Origin: an uncultured bacterium
GTDB taxonomy: Bacteria > Oederibacteriota > PGYV01 > CAWJRG01
Direction: 5' to 3'
Assembly (NCBI GenBank): GCA_963845185.1
Contig: CAWJRG010000010.1
Location: forward strand, 704,001-768,000
DNA length: 64,000 nt
The position numbers and the translations under genes are program-made. This document shows, piece after piece, positions 46,899 through 56,736 of the stretch (position 1 is its first letter; each line of letters opens with the position of its first letter). The notes beneath the pieces are model-generated. The model was not told where the DNA came from. It was given only the letters and a program-made list of their open reading frames with translations, and did no database searches.

Positions 46899-48311
46899 AT
46901 GCGTAAAATAAACATTTTAACAGTAATCGTTATTTTATTTTTTTTATTAGGAAATAATTTATTTTCTGCGCCCACACCGACACCAACAATTATACCCGGA
47001 GCGGGAATACAATGGCAAGAAGTGACAACAGCAGCGCAATTCTCTCCAAGACAGCAATTGGCATGTGTTGTATTTAATAATATGATATGGGTATTAGGTG
47101 GAAATACCAGCAGCGGGGCGGTAAACGATGTGTGGAATTCAGCAGATGGCGCAAACTGGAATGAGGTAACAAGTGCGGCAGCATGGGAGGGCAGAGACGA
47201 GCATAAAGCGCTGGTTTATAACAATCAAATATGGATAATGGGTGGAAGCGCAGCCAGCGGCACTAAAAATGACGTATGGTATTCAAACGACGGGTTTAAC
47301 TGGGGATGCACCACAACGGCGGCAGCATGGAGCCAAAGACTTCGTATGGGAGTTGTTGTATTTAATAACCAGATGTGGGTAATGGGTGGGGAAAGCGGAA
47401 CCGGTAATGTAGTTTATAACGACGTATGGTATTCAAGCGATGGCGTAAACTGGGGATACACCACAACAGCGGCAGCATGGGCAGCCAGACAGGGATTATC
47501 TGCAGTAGTGTATAATGGTGCAATGTGGGTTTCGGGCGGAGATGACGCTGTTTCTACGACATTTAATGATGTATGGAGTTCAAGTGATGGAATAAACTGG
47601 ACAAATGCAACAAGTTCTGCAGGCTGGGCAGCCAGATTGACGCAGGGGAATGTAGTATTTAATGGACGCATGTGGATATACGACGGCTGGTATGAAATCG
47701 GCGGTTGGGTTTATTATAACGATGTATGGTATTCTTATGACGGAACTGCATGGACAGAAGCAACGAATTCAGCGCCATGGTCAGCCAGAAATGATTCTGG
47801 ATGTGTTGTTTTCAACAATTATATGTGGATAATAGCAGGCTATGTAGGCAGTGGCGGAATTAGCAATGATGTATGGAGATCACCTCCTGAATATCCTACA
47901 GCAACTGTAAGTCCGGCATTAACAGCAACGCCCACATTTACTCCTACTTATATAATTTCTCCTACAATAACACCGACCTGGATATTTACAAATGCATCCC
48001 CTACGCCGACACAGGCAGTTATGGCTGTATGCTTTCAATTATATAAAAATTCTCCAAACCCTTTTTCCGACGGCACAAACATGATTTATGCGTTGTGCGG
48101 CCAGTATAAAGTAAAAATAAAAATATATACTATAAGCGGCGAATTAGTGGTTGAGCTTGGCCAGCAGGGGCAGCCAGGCATAAACAGCTTTTATTGGGAT
48201 ACTAAAAACAAGGATGGCAAAGGAGTCGCAAGCGGCATATATATTTACAGCGTAGAAACAGTCGAGGGCTCCAGACAAAAACAGTGGGGAAAGATGGCTG
48301 TCGTGAAATAA
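46899..48311 (+). CDS. Secreted Kelch-like propeller protein with Thr linker and C-terminal domain
   Basis: Six NDVW.S.DG repeats; LYKNSPNPF..ASGIYIY..WGKMAVVK. Confidence 0.87.
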   Translation: MRKINILTVIVILFFLLGNNLFSAPTPTPTIIPGAGIQWQEVTTAAQFSPRQQLACVVFNNMIWVLGGNTSSGAVNDVWNSADGANWNEVTSAAAWEGRDEHKALVYNNQIWIMGGSAASGTKNDVWYSNDGFNWGCTTTAAAWSQRLRMGVVVFNNQMWVMGGESGTGNVVYNDVWYSSDGVNWGYTTTAAAWAARQGLSAVVYNGAMWVSGGDDAVSTTFNDVWSSSDGINWTNATSSAGWAARLTQGNVVFNGRMWIYDGWYEIGGWVYYNDVWYSYDGTAWTEATNSAPWSARNDSGCVVFNNYMWIIAGYVGSGGISNDVWRSPPEYPTATVSPALTATPTFTPTYIISPTITPTWIFTNASPTPTQAVMAVCFQLYKNSPNPFSDGTNMIYALCGQYKVKIKIYTISGELVVELGQQGQPGINSFYWDTKNKDGKGVASGIYIYSVETVEGSRQKQWGKMAVVK

Positions 48312-48418
48312 TTTTTATATTAAAGTTAATTCCCTATTTTTTCAATCAAAAGATAAGTTTTAATTGATTAAAACCTGTGTTAAAATAATATAAAAATATT
48401 CTTTAAAAAGGAAAAAAA

Positions 48419-49519
48419 ATGAAAATTTTATTTGTTTCCCATAGTTCTGTTTTGAAATATCACCAGCAAAAGCTTGAGATACTCGCGTCAAAATTCAACC
48501 ACGACATTACCCTTGTCACACCGCCTTTCTGGTACGAAGGCGGCGCCAAAATACCGGTATATACGGGAACCAGCAAAATAAAATATGAAACTGGAAAAGC
48601 AGTCACTTTTAAGAAAAGGATGCTGCATTTTTACATGAATGCCGCTGCTATAACAAAAAAGGCAAACCCCGACATAGTCCATATAGAGGAGGAACCTTTT
48701 GCACCGGCCTGCTGGCAGTTCCTTCGTGCCGCAAAAAAAATGCATAAAAAAACAGTTTTTTTTACGTGGGAAAACATAGAACGCAATCATAACCCTGTGT
48801 ATTCCTACTTTGATAAATATTGCATAACAAATGCTGATGCCGCCATATCCGGCAATGAAGATGGTAAAAATATACTTTTTAAAAAAGGGTTTAAAGGTAG
48901 CCTGGAAGTAATACCCCAGTATGGAATTAATCTTGAGGATTTTCCATTAACAGAAAAAAAGAACGGTAATAAAGTGCTAAACCTGGTGTATATAGGCAGG
49001 CTGACGCCTGAAAAAGGCTTATCAACATTGGTTGAATCCTTAAAAGATATGCCAGGAATCAAGCTTCATATAGCCGGCTCAGGTTCAGCCTTATTTACAG
49101 AAAATCTTTGCAAGCAGATAGAATCCCTGGGCATGAAAGATAAAGTGATATTATATCCGTTTATTGACAGGGAAAAAATCCCCGGTTTTTTGTCCAAAAT
49201 GGACATTTTAATCCTTCCTTCACTTACGTCCCCGGCATGGAAAGAGCAGTTCGGCAGGGTTCTTATTGAGGCATTTGCAGCCCAAGTTGCTGTGATTGGG
49301 TCTGATTCCGGCGAAATCCCGCATGTTATAGCAGACGCAGGACTTGTGTTTCGCGAGGGAGATTCTCATGACCTTGCATCAAAAATATTATTGCTGATAA
49401 AGAATCCGGAGCTTTATGCTTCGTATTTAAAAAAGGGTTATAAAAGGGTTGCTGATAATTATACAAATGACGTAATTGCAGGGCAAATAGACAGTCTTTA
49501 TAGGAAATTGTCCGGTTAA
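48419..49519 (+). CDS. Glycosyltransferase family 4
   Basis: YIGRL..EKG, EQFGRVLIEA, SDSGEIP. Confidence 0.9.
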   Translation: MKILFVSHSSVLKYHQQKLEILASKFNHDITLVTPPFWYEGGAKIPVYTGTSKIKYETGKAVTFKKRMLHFYMNAAAITKKANPDIVHIEEEPFAPACWQFLRAAKKMHKKTVFFTWENIERNHNPVYSYFDKYCITNADAAISGNEDGKNILFKKGFKGSLEVIPQYGINLEDFPLTEKKNGNKVLNLVYIGRLTPEKGLSTLVESLKDMPGIKLHIAGSGSALFTENLCKQIESLGMKDKVILYPFIDREKIPGFLSKMDILILPSLTSPAWKEQFGRVLIEAFAAQVAVIGSDSGEIPHVIADAGLVFREGDSHDLASKILLLIKNPELYASYLKKGYKRVADNYTNDVIAGQIDSLYRKLSG

Positions 49520-49526
49520 AGCATTA

Positions 49527-50561
49527 ATGGACGCAAAATACGATTTATCAACATACAAATATGATATTCCCAGGGAGTTAATAGCCCAGAAACCGCTTCC
49601 ATCAAGGGACGCCTCCAGGCTTTTGATACTTGATAAAAAAAGCGGCAGTATAACCCATGAAAAATTTTTTAAAATCCATGATTACTTAAATCCCGGCGAT
49701 TGTATTGTAATAAACGACACAAAAGTTTTTCCTGCCCGGCTTTATGGGGTAAAAGACAAAACTGACGCACAAATAGAGCTGCTTTTCCTTGAAAAAAAAT
49801 CAGAATATGACTGGGAAGTAATGATAAAAAATTCCCGGAGGGTCAGGCCGGGCGACACTATAATCCTGCCGGAAAATATAAAGGCTGTCATTCTTGAGAA
49901 ATCCGGCAAAATTTCCCGGGTCAGGCTGAATTTTACTGAAGAAATATTAAAGGACAAATTATGGAAATCCGGCTCCATGCCGCTGCCTCCTTACATCAAG
50001 CAGGACATACATAACAAAATTCACAAAGAACGCTATCAGACTGTTTTTGCAGCAAAAGAGGGTGCCGTGGCCGCGCCTACCGCAGGCCTTCACTTTACCG
50101 AAAAAGTATTTGAAAATCTCAGGTCAAAAGGCGTTGATGTCGTTAAAATCACCCTGCATGTAGGCATCGGCACTTTTAAGCCTGTAGTTGCAAAAGATAT
50201 AAGGCAGCACAGGATGCACAGGGAGTATTTTGAAATATCTGAAAGTTCTGCTGAAATAATAAATAAGGCAAAAAGGGTAATTGCCTGCGGCACGACATCA
50301 CTGCGCTGCCTTGAAAGCGCCGTATCCGGCAGCAAAATAATGCCCAAGTCCGGATATACGGATATTTTTATTTATCCCGGATATGAGTTTAAGATTGTCA
50401 ATGGTTTGATAACTAATTTTCACCAGCCCGAAAGCACGCTTCTAATGCTTGTATGCGCTTTTGCCGGAATTGATAATATAAGGCATGCCTATAATGAGGC
50501 AATTAAAAATAATTACAGGTTTTATTCCTACGGCGACGCGATGTTTATAAAAGGCGATTAA
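49527..50561 (+). CDS. queA: SAM:tRNA ribosyltransferase-isomerase
   Basis: LIAQ.P..RD.SRLL, PLPPYI, AAPTAGLHF, YRFYSYGDAM. Confidence 0.96.
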   Translation: MDAKYDLSTYKYDIPRELIAQKPLPSRDASRLLILDKKSGSITHEKFFKIHDYLNPGDCIVINDTKVFPARLYGVKDKTDAQIELLFLEKKSEYDWEVMIKNSRRVRPGDTIILPENIKAVILEKSGKISRVRLNFTEEILKDKLWKSGSMPLPPYIKQDIHNKIHKERYQTVFAAKEGAVAAPTAGLHFTEKVFENLRSKGVDVVKITLHVGIGTFKPVVAKDIRQHRMHREYFEISESSAEIINKAKRVIACGTTSLRCLESAVSGSKIMPKSGYTDIFIYPGYEFKIVNGLITNFHQPESTLLMLVCAFAGIDNIRHAYNEAIKNNYRFYSYGDAMFIKGD

Positions 50562-50579
50562 TGTGTTTTCTATACTTTT

Positions 50580-52322
50580 TTATTTGCCGTTATTCGGACT
50601 TTTATCACTGCTTTTTAAACCATTATTTATCAGATAAAACCAATTCAGCCCGGCTGCTATAATTATCCAAAAAACCGTAAGAAAAACAGTATTCTTGCCC
50701 GGTGCCCACAACGAAGGGAAAAACGAACTGAAATGTATTTTTAAAAACCTCGATGCAAATTTTAGTATCCAGTTCTCCCCTAACCCTTTGTTCCACCTGA
50801 ACCATGGTATTAAAAAAATGCACATGCTTATGAAAAAACCCAGTGCAGTCAGGCAGCGTACAAGCATTATTGAAAACTTATGTCTTAAGTTGTTTAAAAC
50901 CTCGGCAATAAGAAGTGAAAATACAAAAACAACAGGCACAAAAAACCTAGGTGATGCCCCTCCGCCTCCCCTCCAATCTGCCCAGGACGCAATCATTGCG
51001 TAATACGGTACAAAAATCAGCGCTGCCTGCCAGAATGCTTTTTTGTTGCTTTTAAACAGCGATATTGCACCAGCAAACATTAGTATAAAAATCGGAGTAT
51101 AAAAATAAAGGCCGAATTCCTGGTCAAAAAAAAGGCCGATTATTCCCTGCAAGTTAAACTTAAAAACCTGTGAAAAAGTCATGTTTGCCTGAGTCTGCCT
51201 CGGTATAAGGGCATGATAATGACCATAATTAAACCAGAAAAGCAATAAAAGAGATACTGCCTGCGATGCAATTAGTGCCATTACTTTTTCAATCTCTTTT
51301 CTGTGCTCGTATGCAATAATTATCAAAAGTATCGCCCATATAATTAAATTTCTAGGGTGTGCCCATGGAACCAGCGCCAAAAGGCCGCACGCAATATAAA
51401 ATTTTTTTCTGTATTGTGTAAACAGCACGAAAGAACCCAGTATTAAAACACCTGATAAAACTTCGCAGCATATCTGGTTTGCAAACATGAAAACAGGCAG
51501 AGAAAAAGCGGTTATTAAAGATGCAGCTATGGATATTTTTTTATCTTCATAAAATCCTGCAAGAAAGAGAAATAACAGCGCGCTCAATATAGCTGATAAA
51601 AAATTCACGAAAGCAGAAACACCAAACCTGCCGCCAATAAAATAAAAAGGCGATATTAGTATGGATATAAGAACCGGATGATATGAATATAGCTTGCCGT
51701 TTGATTCTATTCCCTGCGGCTCCAGCTCCTTGTCATAAAAATGCAAATAATCCTTTTTCTCATAATTATTTTTCAAATCAATATCCCTGTCATAAATCAT
51801 GCTGTGCGCTGCAAGCAGGTATACCGGCTCGTCTCCGGTAGGCTGGTTTGCATAATTGAACCACATGGAAACTGCAAAAGAAAAAATAAAAATGAATGTA
51901 AAAATAAAAACAAATATATCCTTATTCTTCACGTTTGACAGATTCACCGTTTTGTTCAATCTGTATAGTATATAGCCCATGAGTATTGTTGTGAAACACG
52001 CGTAGGATGCTCCAAGCAGTATTTCAAACTTTCTTAAAATAAAATTATGCGGATCCGGGAAATTAAATTTAATCAGTTCCGGCGCCAAGAAAAGCACGAG
52101 AAAAACAAAAAGAACAATTGAAACTTTTCCAAAGATTTTAAAAAATCCTTCACGCGTGAAACGATTAATGCCGGCCGTTGATATTGCAAGCAGGGCATAT
52201 ATGACGGCCGGCGCCAGGTAAACCGGGTATATGAGCATGCCGCAGTTTAAAAAAAACTGCCTTGCATAAAAAATAAATCCGGCAATAAAACAAATATGTG
52301 CAGCTATTGGCAGCAGTATCAT
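50580..52322 (-). CDS. Multi-pass membrane protein, probable GT-C glycosyltransferase
   Basis: TGDEPVY..S..YD.DIDL.NNY; GL.FYTP; W.GG...PRF. Confidence 0.7.
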   Translation of the reverse strand: MILLPIAAHICFIAGFIFYARQFFLNCGMLIYPVYLAPAVIYALLAISTAGINRFTREGFFKIFGKVSIVLFVFLVLFLAPELIKFNFPDPHNFILRKFEILLGASYACFTTILMGYILYRLNKTVNLSNVKNKDIFVFIFTFIFIFSFAVSMWFNYANQPTGDEPVYLLAAHSMIYDRDIDLKNNYEKKDYLHFYDKELEPQGIESNGKLYSYHPVLISILISPFYFIGGRFGVSAFVNFLSAILSALLFLFLAGFYEDKKISIAASLITAFSLPVFMFANQICCEVLSGVLILGSFVLFTQYRKKFYIACGLLALVPWAHPRNLIIWAILLIIIAYEHRKEIEKVMALIASQAVSLLLLFWFNYGHYHALIPRQTQANMTFSQVFKFNLQGIIGLFFDQEFGLYFYTPIFILMFAGAISLFKSNKKAFWQAALIFVPYYAMIASWADWRGGGGASPRFFVPVVFVFSLLIAEVLNNLRHKFSIMLVRCLTALGFFISMCIFLIPWFRWNKGLGENWILKFASRFLKIHFSSFFPSLWAPGKNTVFLTVFWIIIAAGLNWFYLINNGLKSSDKSPNNGK

Positions 52323-53917
52323 TTTGCCACCAGAAGGAATATGTCATCAGGATAAAAATGCTGTTCTTTTGACAATTTAAAATATTTGCTTATCCACGGT
52401 ATTTTTTCCACATCAGGCGGCGTTTCCAGGCTTATATTGCTGTTCCATATATACCCCATGGGCAGCCACACCTGTTTTTCACCTATCGGGTTATCCCGTA
52501 TGAACCAAACCCTTTTATAATTTTTCATGTTTTCCAAGGCTTCTTTTGCTGTAAGAGTATTCTTGTCATAGCCAGCGTAAATGTCTATATTGTATTTCTT
52601 CTTTAATATTTCGTCCTTAAGAAACCTCCACATTTCCCTTATTTTAAACCTCACCCCGCCGCCTGAAAATTCCGGTATCTCGCCCAGTATCCTGTTCTCA
52701 AAATTTGTCCTGTACATTATCCTGTTGTAAAATTCAAAAGATGAATATGAACAAACATCACTATGCACTATGGCATCGCCGTCTTTCCATTCCTTTTCCA
52801 TCTGAAGGAACTGGCTCTTGTAATCAGATTTCTGGTATTTTTCAGTAAAATAATAATTAAAAAGCGCTACGCCGTATATTGCAGTCATAACTGCAACCGC
52901 CAGCATTATTCCCTGGTCAGAAAGGTAAGATATACCGACAGCCAGTATTATCAGTACAAGAGCTGATACAAGAATAAAAAGCCTCTCGGAAAAAATAGCT
53001 TTTCCAAGTGCTATTGATATAAGCCACGGGAACATCATAAATAACAAGGATATCCAGGAAATAATTTTGATTATTTTACTGTATTTCTGCCTGTATGTAA
53101 AAATCCCCATTATCATTAAATAAATTGCTATTATAAAAGCTGCAATGGTAAGGATATTCCAGTCTATGGTAATGCCGAATAAATAATTTTTAAGCGTGTG
53201 AAAAGGCGCTAGCAGCATGCCAATATTATGATAATAAGATTGTGCTGAAAATCCCTTTAAATAAAAAATTATAATTGGCAGCAGAAAAACCGCTATTATT
53301 GCCTGTGCTTTCAGCCATAGGTTAAGGCGTATCTCTTCCCTGTAAAGTATGAATATCAAACCGTTCATTATAATCAGAAGCAAGAGAGTAAAGCTGTGAG
53401 TGTAAATGCCTATAACGCTCCAAAAAATGAATTTCCCGAACACAAAAGAATTGTATTTTATTGATATTATAAAATAGTAAACCATGAGCATTGAAACCAT
53501 GAGGAACATTGAATAGTTTCTTGCTTCCTGTGAATAATAAATCTGGTATGGGCTCAGGCAGAAAAGAAAAGCTGCAATCAGGCTTATCTGTTCGCTGAAA
53601 AAAGCCCTGACCAGCTTATAAAAAATAAACATGTTTGCTATGCCGAAACAAAGCGGCAGTACCCTGATAGAAAGCTCGCTGTAACCGAATATGCTGCAGA
53701 AAATATGCTCAAGCATGTAAAAAGTCGGCGGGTGCATGTCATTTGCCACTGAATTCCAGAAAACCACGAATAAATCCTTGCTTGCGGCAAAGCGCGCAGT
53801 GCAAAACTCATCAATCCATACGCTCTGATCCCCGAGCTTGAATATCCTCAGGATTATTCCAACCGCAAAAATCGCGATTAAAAGCATGTCGTTCTTGTTT
53901 TTTTCCTGTATTTCCAT
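52319..53917 (-). CDS. GT39/ArnT-like glycosyltransferase
   Basis: QSVWIDE, HPP.FY, YYSQEARNY. Confidence 0.85.
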   Translation of the reverse strand: MEIQEKNKNDMLLIAIFAVGIILRIFKLGDQSVWIDEFCTARFAASKDLFVVFWNSVANDMHPPTFYMLEHIFCSIFGYSELSIRVLPLCFGIANMFIFYKLVRAFFSEQISLIAAFLFCLSPYQIYYSQEARNYSMFLMVSMLMVYYFIISIKYNSFVFGKFIFWSVIGIYTHSFTLLLLIIMNGLIFILYREEIRLNLWLKAQAIIAVFLLPIIIFYLKGFSAQSYYHNIGMLLAPFHTLKNYLFGITIDWNILTIAAFIIAIYLMIMGIFTYRQKYSKIIKIISWISLLFMMFPWLISIALGKAIFSERLFILVSALVLIILAVGISYLSDQGIMLAVAVMTAIYGVALFNYYFTEKYQKSDYKSQFLQMEKEWKDGDAIVHSDVCSYSSFEFYNRIMYRTNFENRILGEIPEFSGGGVRFKIREMWRFLKDEILKKKYNIDIYAGYDKNTLTAKEALENMKNYKRVWFIRDNPIGEKQVWLPMGYIWNSNISLETPPDVEKIPWISKYFKLSKEQHFYPDDIFLLVAK

Positions 53918-55048
53918 TTATGCAAGCCCCTTGTATATTTCCAGGGTTTTTTCCGCCGCCTGCTTCCACGAAAATTTATCTGCCTGTTTAAAACCCCTTA
54001 AAATAAACGCTTGAGTCTTATTATCATTCTTTTCCAGCTCAACCATGCCTTTTACAATGTCTTCCACAGAAAATGGGTCAACAAAATATGCGGCATCGCC
54101 GGCTATTTCAGTCAGGGATGTATTGTTTGATGTAATTACCGGCAGGCCGCAGGCAAAAGCTTCCAAAATCTGCAGGCCAAAACCTTCCCATAAAGACGGG
54201 AAAAGGAAAAAAAATGCTCCGTTATAAAGCATAACCATATTCTCTTCCGGGGCATAATATGTTATTATAATATCCTGCTCAAGATTTAATTCGACTATCT
54301 TATCTTTTATGTCTGTAGTTGCTATTTCCTTTTCCCCTATTGAAGTGATTACAAGCTGGTATTTATTCCCTGACATTCCGTTAAAAATTTTAAAAGCTTC
54401 AAGTGCCCTTGTTGTATTTTTTCTCAAGTCTGCTGCCGCGCTTATAAGTACATATGGCTTGTTTATGCCGTATTTCTGCCTGACTTGATCTATTTTATCC
54501 CTGTCTCTTATCAACCTGTACTTTTGGTCAACGCCTTCTTTAATAACAGATATTTTTTCTGCAGGAATATTTATGTTTTTAATTATATCTGCCTTGGAAT
54601 ATTCGGAAACAGTTATTATATGGTCGGCTTTCCTTGCAGATAACGGCACGCTTATTTTCTTATATATATCGTGCAACCTTTGTTTTAAAGTTGGCCTTAA
54701 TATTGCCTGTTTAATGGGCCTTATAAACATGGTGTCATGTATGGTTACCAATTTTTTCCCTTTAAATAAATATGGCAGTGTATTATCGGTGCTGTGTAGT
54801 ATATCAACCTTATCCTTTTGCGCCTGCTGCGGCAGGAAAAATTGTTCATATAAAAAAGCGTTGGTTGTGTTAGCCCGCCTTATATTACATTTAACAAAAT
54901 CACCATTGTTTAACGTTGTATTTTTATCCAGATAAATATAGTACTCATTTTTTTTATCTATTTCCAGCAGATTTGACAAAAGGTTTGATATATACCTTCC
55001 AACGCCTCTCTTGAATATTATCCTAGCGTCTATTCCAATTTTCATCAA
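53918..55048 (-). CDS. Glycosyltransferase family 4 (WbaZ/mannosyltransferase-like)
   Basis: IGIDAR..GVGRY, FPSLWEGFGL..LEAFACG. Confidence 0.9.
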   Translation of the reverse strand: MMKIGIDARIIFKRGVGRYISNLLSNLLEIDKKNEYYIYLDKNTTLNNGDFVKCNIRRANTTNAFLYEQFFLPQQAQKDKVDILHSTDNTLPYLFKGKKLVTIHDTMFIRPIKQAILRPTLKQRLHDIYKKISVPLSARKADHIITVSEYSKADIIKNINIPAEKISVIKEGVDQKYRLIRDRDKIDQVRQKYGINKPYVLISAAADLRKNTTRALEAFKIFNGMSGNKYQLVITSIGEKEIATTDIKDKIVELNLEQDIIITYYAPEENMVMLYNGAFFFLFPSLWEGFGLQILEAFACGLPVITSNNTSLTEIAGDAAYFVDPFSVEDIVKGMVELEKNDNKTQAFILRGFKQADKFSWKQAAEKTLEIYKGLA

Positions 55049-55066
55049 ATATCCCTTAAAAATTTT

Positions 55067-55822
55067 TTATTTTCTTGCTGTAATTATAAAGCTTCCGCCC
55101 TTTTCGTTTAAAAAAATCCTGGCAAAAGCATCTGTTATATTTAGCATAAAAAAAACAAAACTAACTGGTAATTTTCCTATTAAATCTTCTGCAAAGTAAG
55201 GCAGCCTTAAATAATTTATTGACAATATTTGTTCAGTTTTGAATCCTGCCTTTGTTAATAAATCTGTTACCTCTTTAATATTAAAATTAAAAAGGTGGTC
55301 TTTATGCTCTTCTTCAAGCTTTTTTGCCCGTTTTTTAAATATTTTTTTGTAATAGGCGTCCTTATTAGTAAGAGTAATTATAATAATGCCATTTTCTTTA
55401 AGTGAATTAAAGGCATTGGTTATTACTTTATCGGGGGCATAGCAATGGTCAAGGACTTCCTTTATAAGCACAATGTCAAATTCATTTTTTTCATCCAGTT
55501 CCTCACCTGTGCCTCTTTTAAGAATAAAATCATCCTCTGTTATTTCATTCTTTAGCATTTGTAAAGAAGGTTCAATACCTGTGTATTTTTTTATGATATC
55601 CTGCACATTTTTGTAGAAATCGCCCCTGCCTGCTCCAATATCAAGTAAATTTACATATTCATTTTTTAAAAGCACTTCCGCGCTTATTATTTGTGCAACA
55701 ATTTTATTAAGGCGCTGCCATCTTTTTTTCATCAGGGCGTTTGCTTTTTCTGTCAGAAATTCGGTATCGTCCCAATTCTTCTGTGTTTCTTCCCACTTTT
55801 TTATTATTTCGTCATCTTTCAT
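55067..55822 (-). CDS. Class I SAM-dependent methyltransferase
   Basis: LLDIGAGRG, EVLDH, LKENG. Confidence 0.85.
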   Translation of the reverse strand: MKDDEIIKKWEETQKNWDDTEFLTEKANALMKKRWQRLNKIVAQIISAEVLLKNEYVNLLDIGAGRGDFYKNVQDIIKKYTGIEPSLQMLKNEITEDDFILKRGTGEELDEKNEFDIVLIKEVLDHCYAPDKVITNAFNSLKENGIIIITLTNKDAYYKKIFKKRAKKLEEEHKDHLFNFNIKEVTDLLTKAGFKTEQILSINYLRLPYFAEDLIGKLPVSFVFFMLNITDAFARIFLNEKGGSFIITARK

Positions 55823-56732
55823 TTGCTTTTCTCTTTTCCCCGTAAATAAAGAAACCGTTGCTTAGTTGAAATATTTTCCACGGTAATTCCAAAATTTCAG
55901 CACATATCAGGGCAATAGATAATAACCAGTATGCAATTTTTCTTTTTAAATTAATCCTGTATTTTTTTAGGTCTTTTTTTTCTTGTGTCTTTATTTGCTT
56001 AATCTTTCTTATTTTCAATATATTAAACAAAATTTCATCAATTATCAATGTGAAAAAGGAATGAAAGTATTTTACTTTGATATTTTGTATTTCAAGTGAT
56101 GATAAGAAATTTTTTGTCCATTCGGGGTCCACAAAATTTTCTCTAATATGTCCCCCTTCGGAGTCAACTCCAAATTTTCCAAAAGTAAATTTCCTCAATA
56201 TCCAATGCCATGTTAAAAAATCCCTTGTTGATATTGCATAAATTAAAATTTTACCTCCTGGTTTCAGCACACGTATTATTTCTTCCAGCGTTTTCTCCTT
56301 ATTTTCAACATGTTCCAAGACATCGAATGAAATAACAGCATCAAAAAAGTTGTTTTTGTAAGGTATTTTTTCGAGCTTTGTTACATTATATTTTATATTT
56401 TTGTCTCCTGTTTGCTTTGCTCTTTTTATGGCCAGTGAGGATATATCGGCCCCATAACCTATTATTCCATATAATGCTTTAAGCTGATTAATCAATATTC
56501 CCGGCCCGCATCCGGCATCTAGAACTTTAGCTTTTTGTTTAAAATTTAGTTTTTTAATCTCCTCTTTATTCCTAATTGCTTTCAGGCTGTATCCAAGTAT
56601 TCCTGCCTCTTTTGCTTCATTAATATGTCTCTGCATATACCCGGTAAAATAATCTTTGTTTAAGTATATCGGTATGTAATTTTTTTCTCTACCATTGTAA
56701 ATTTGTTTTTGCAAATTATGCTTTTTTTCCAC
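55812..56732 (-). CDS. Class I SAM-dependent methyltransferase
   Basis: VLDAGCGPG, DVLEHV, RVLKPGG. Confidence 0.87.
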   Translation of the reverse strand: MEKKHNLQKQIYNGREKNYIPIYLNKDYFTGYMQRHINEAKEAGILGYSLKAIRNKEEIKKLNFKQKAKVLDAGCGPGILINQLKALYGIIGYGADISSLAIKRAKQTGDKNIKYNVTKLEKIPYKNNFFDAVISFDVLEHVENKEKTLEEIIRVLKPGGKILIYAISTRDFLTWHWILRKFTFGKFGVDSEGGHIRENFVDPEWTKNFLSSLEIQNIKVKYFHSFFTLIIDEILFNILKIRKIKQIKTQEKKDLKKYRINLKRKIAYWLLSIALICAEILELPWKIFQLSNGFFIYGEKRKANER

Positions 56733-56736
56733 TTTT

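Noticed and set aside
43593..48311. CRISPR-like periodic DNA repeats
   Set aside because: The ~145-nt periodicity is in-frame Kelch-like protein repeats with degenerate codons.
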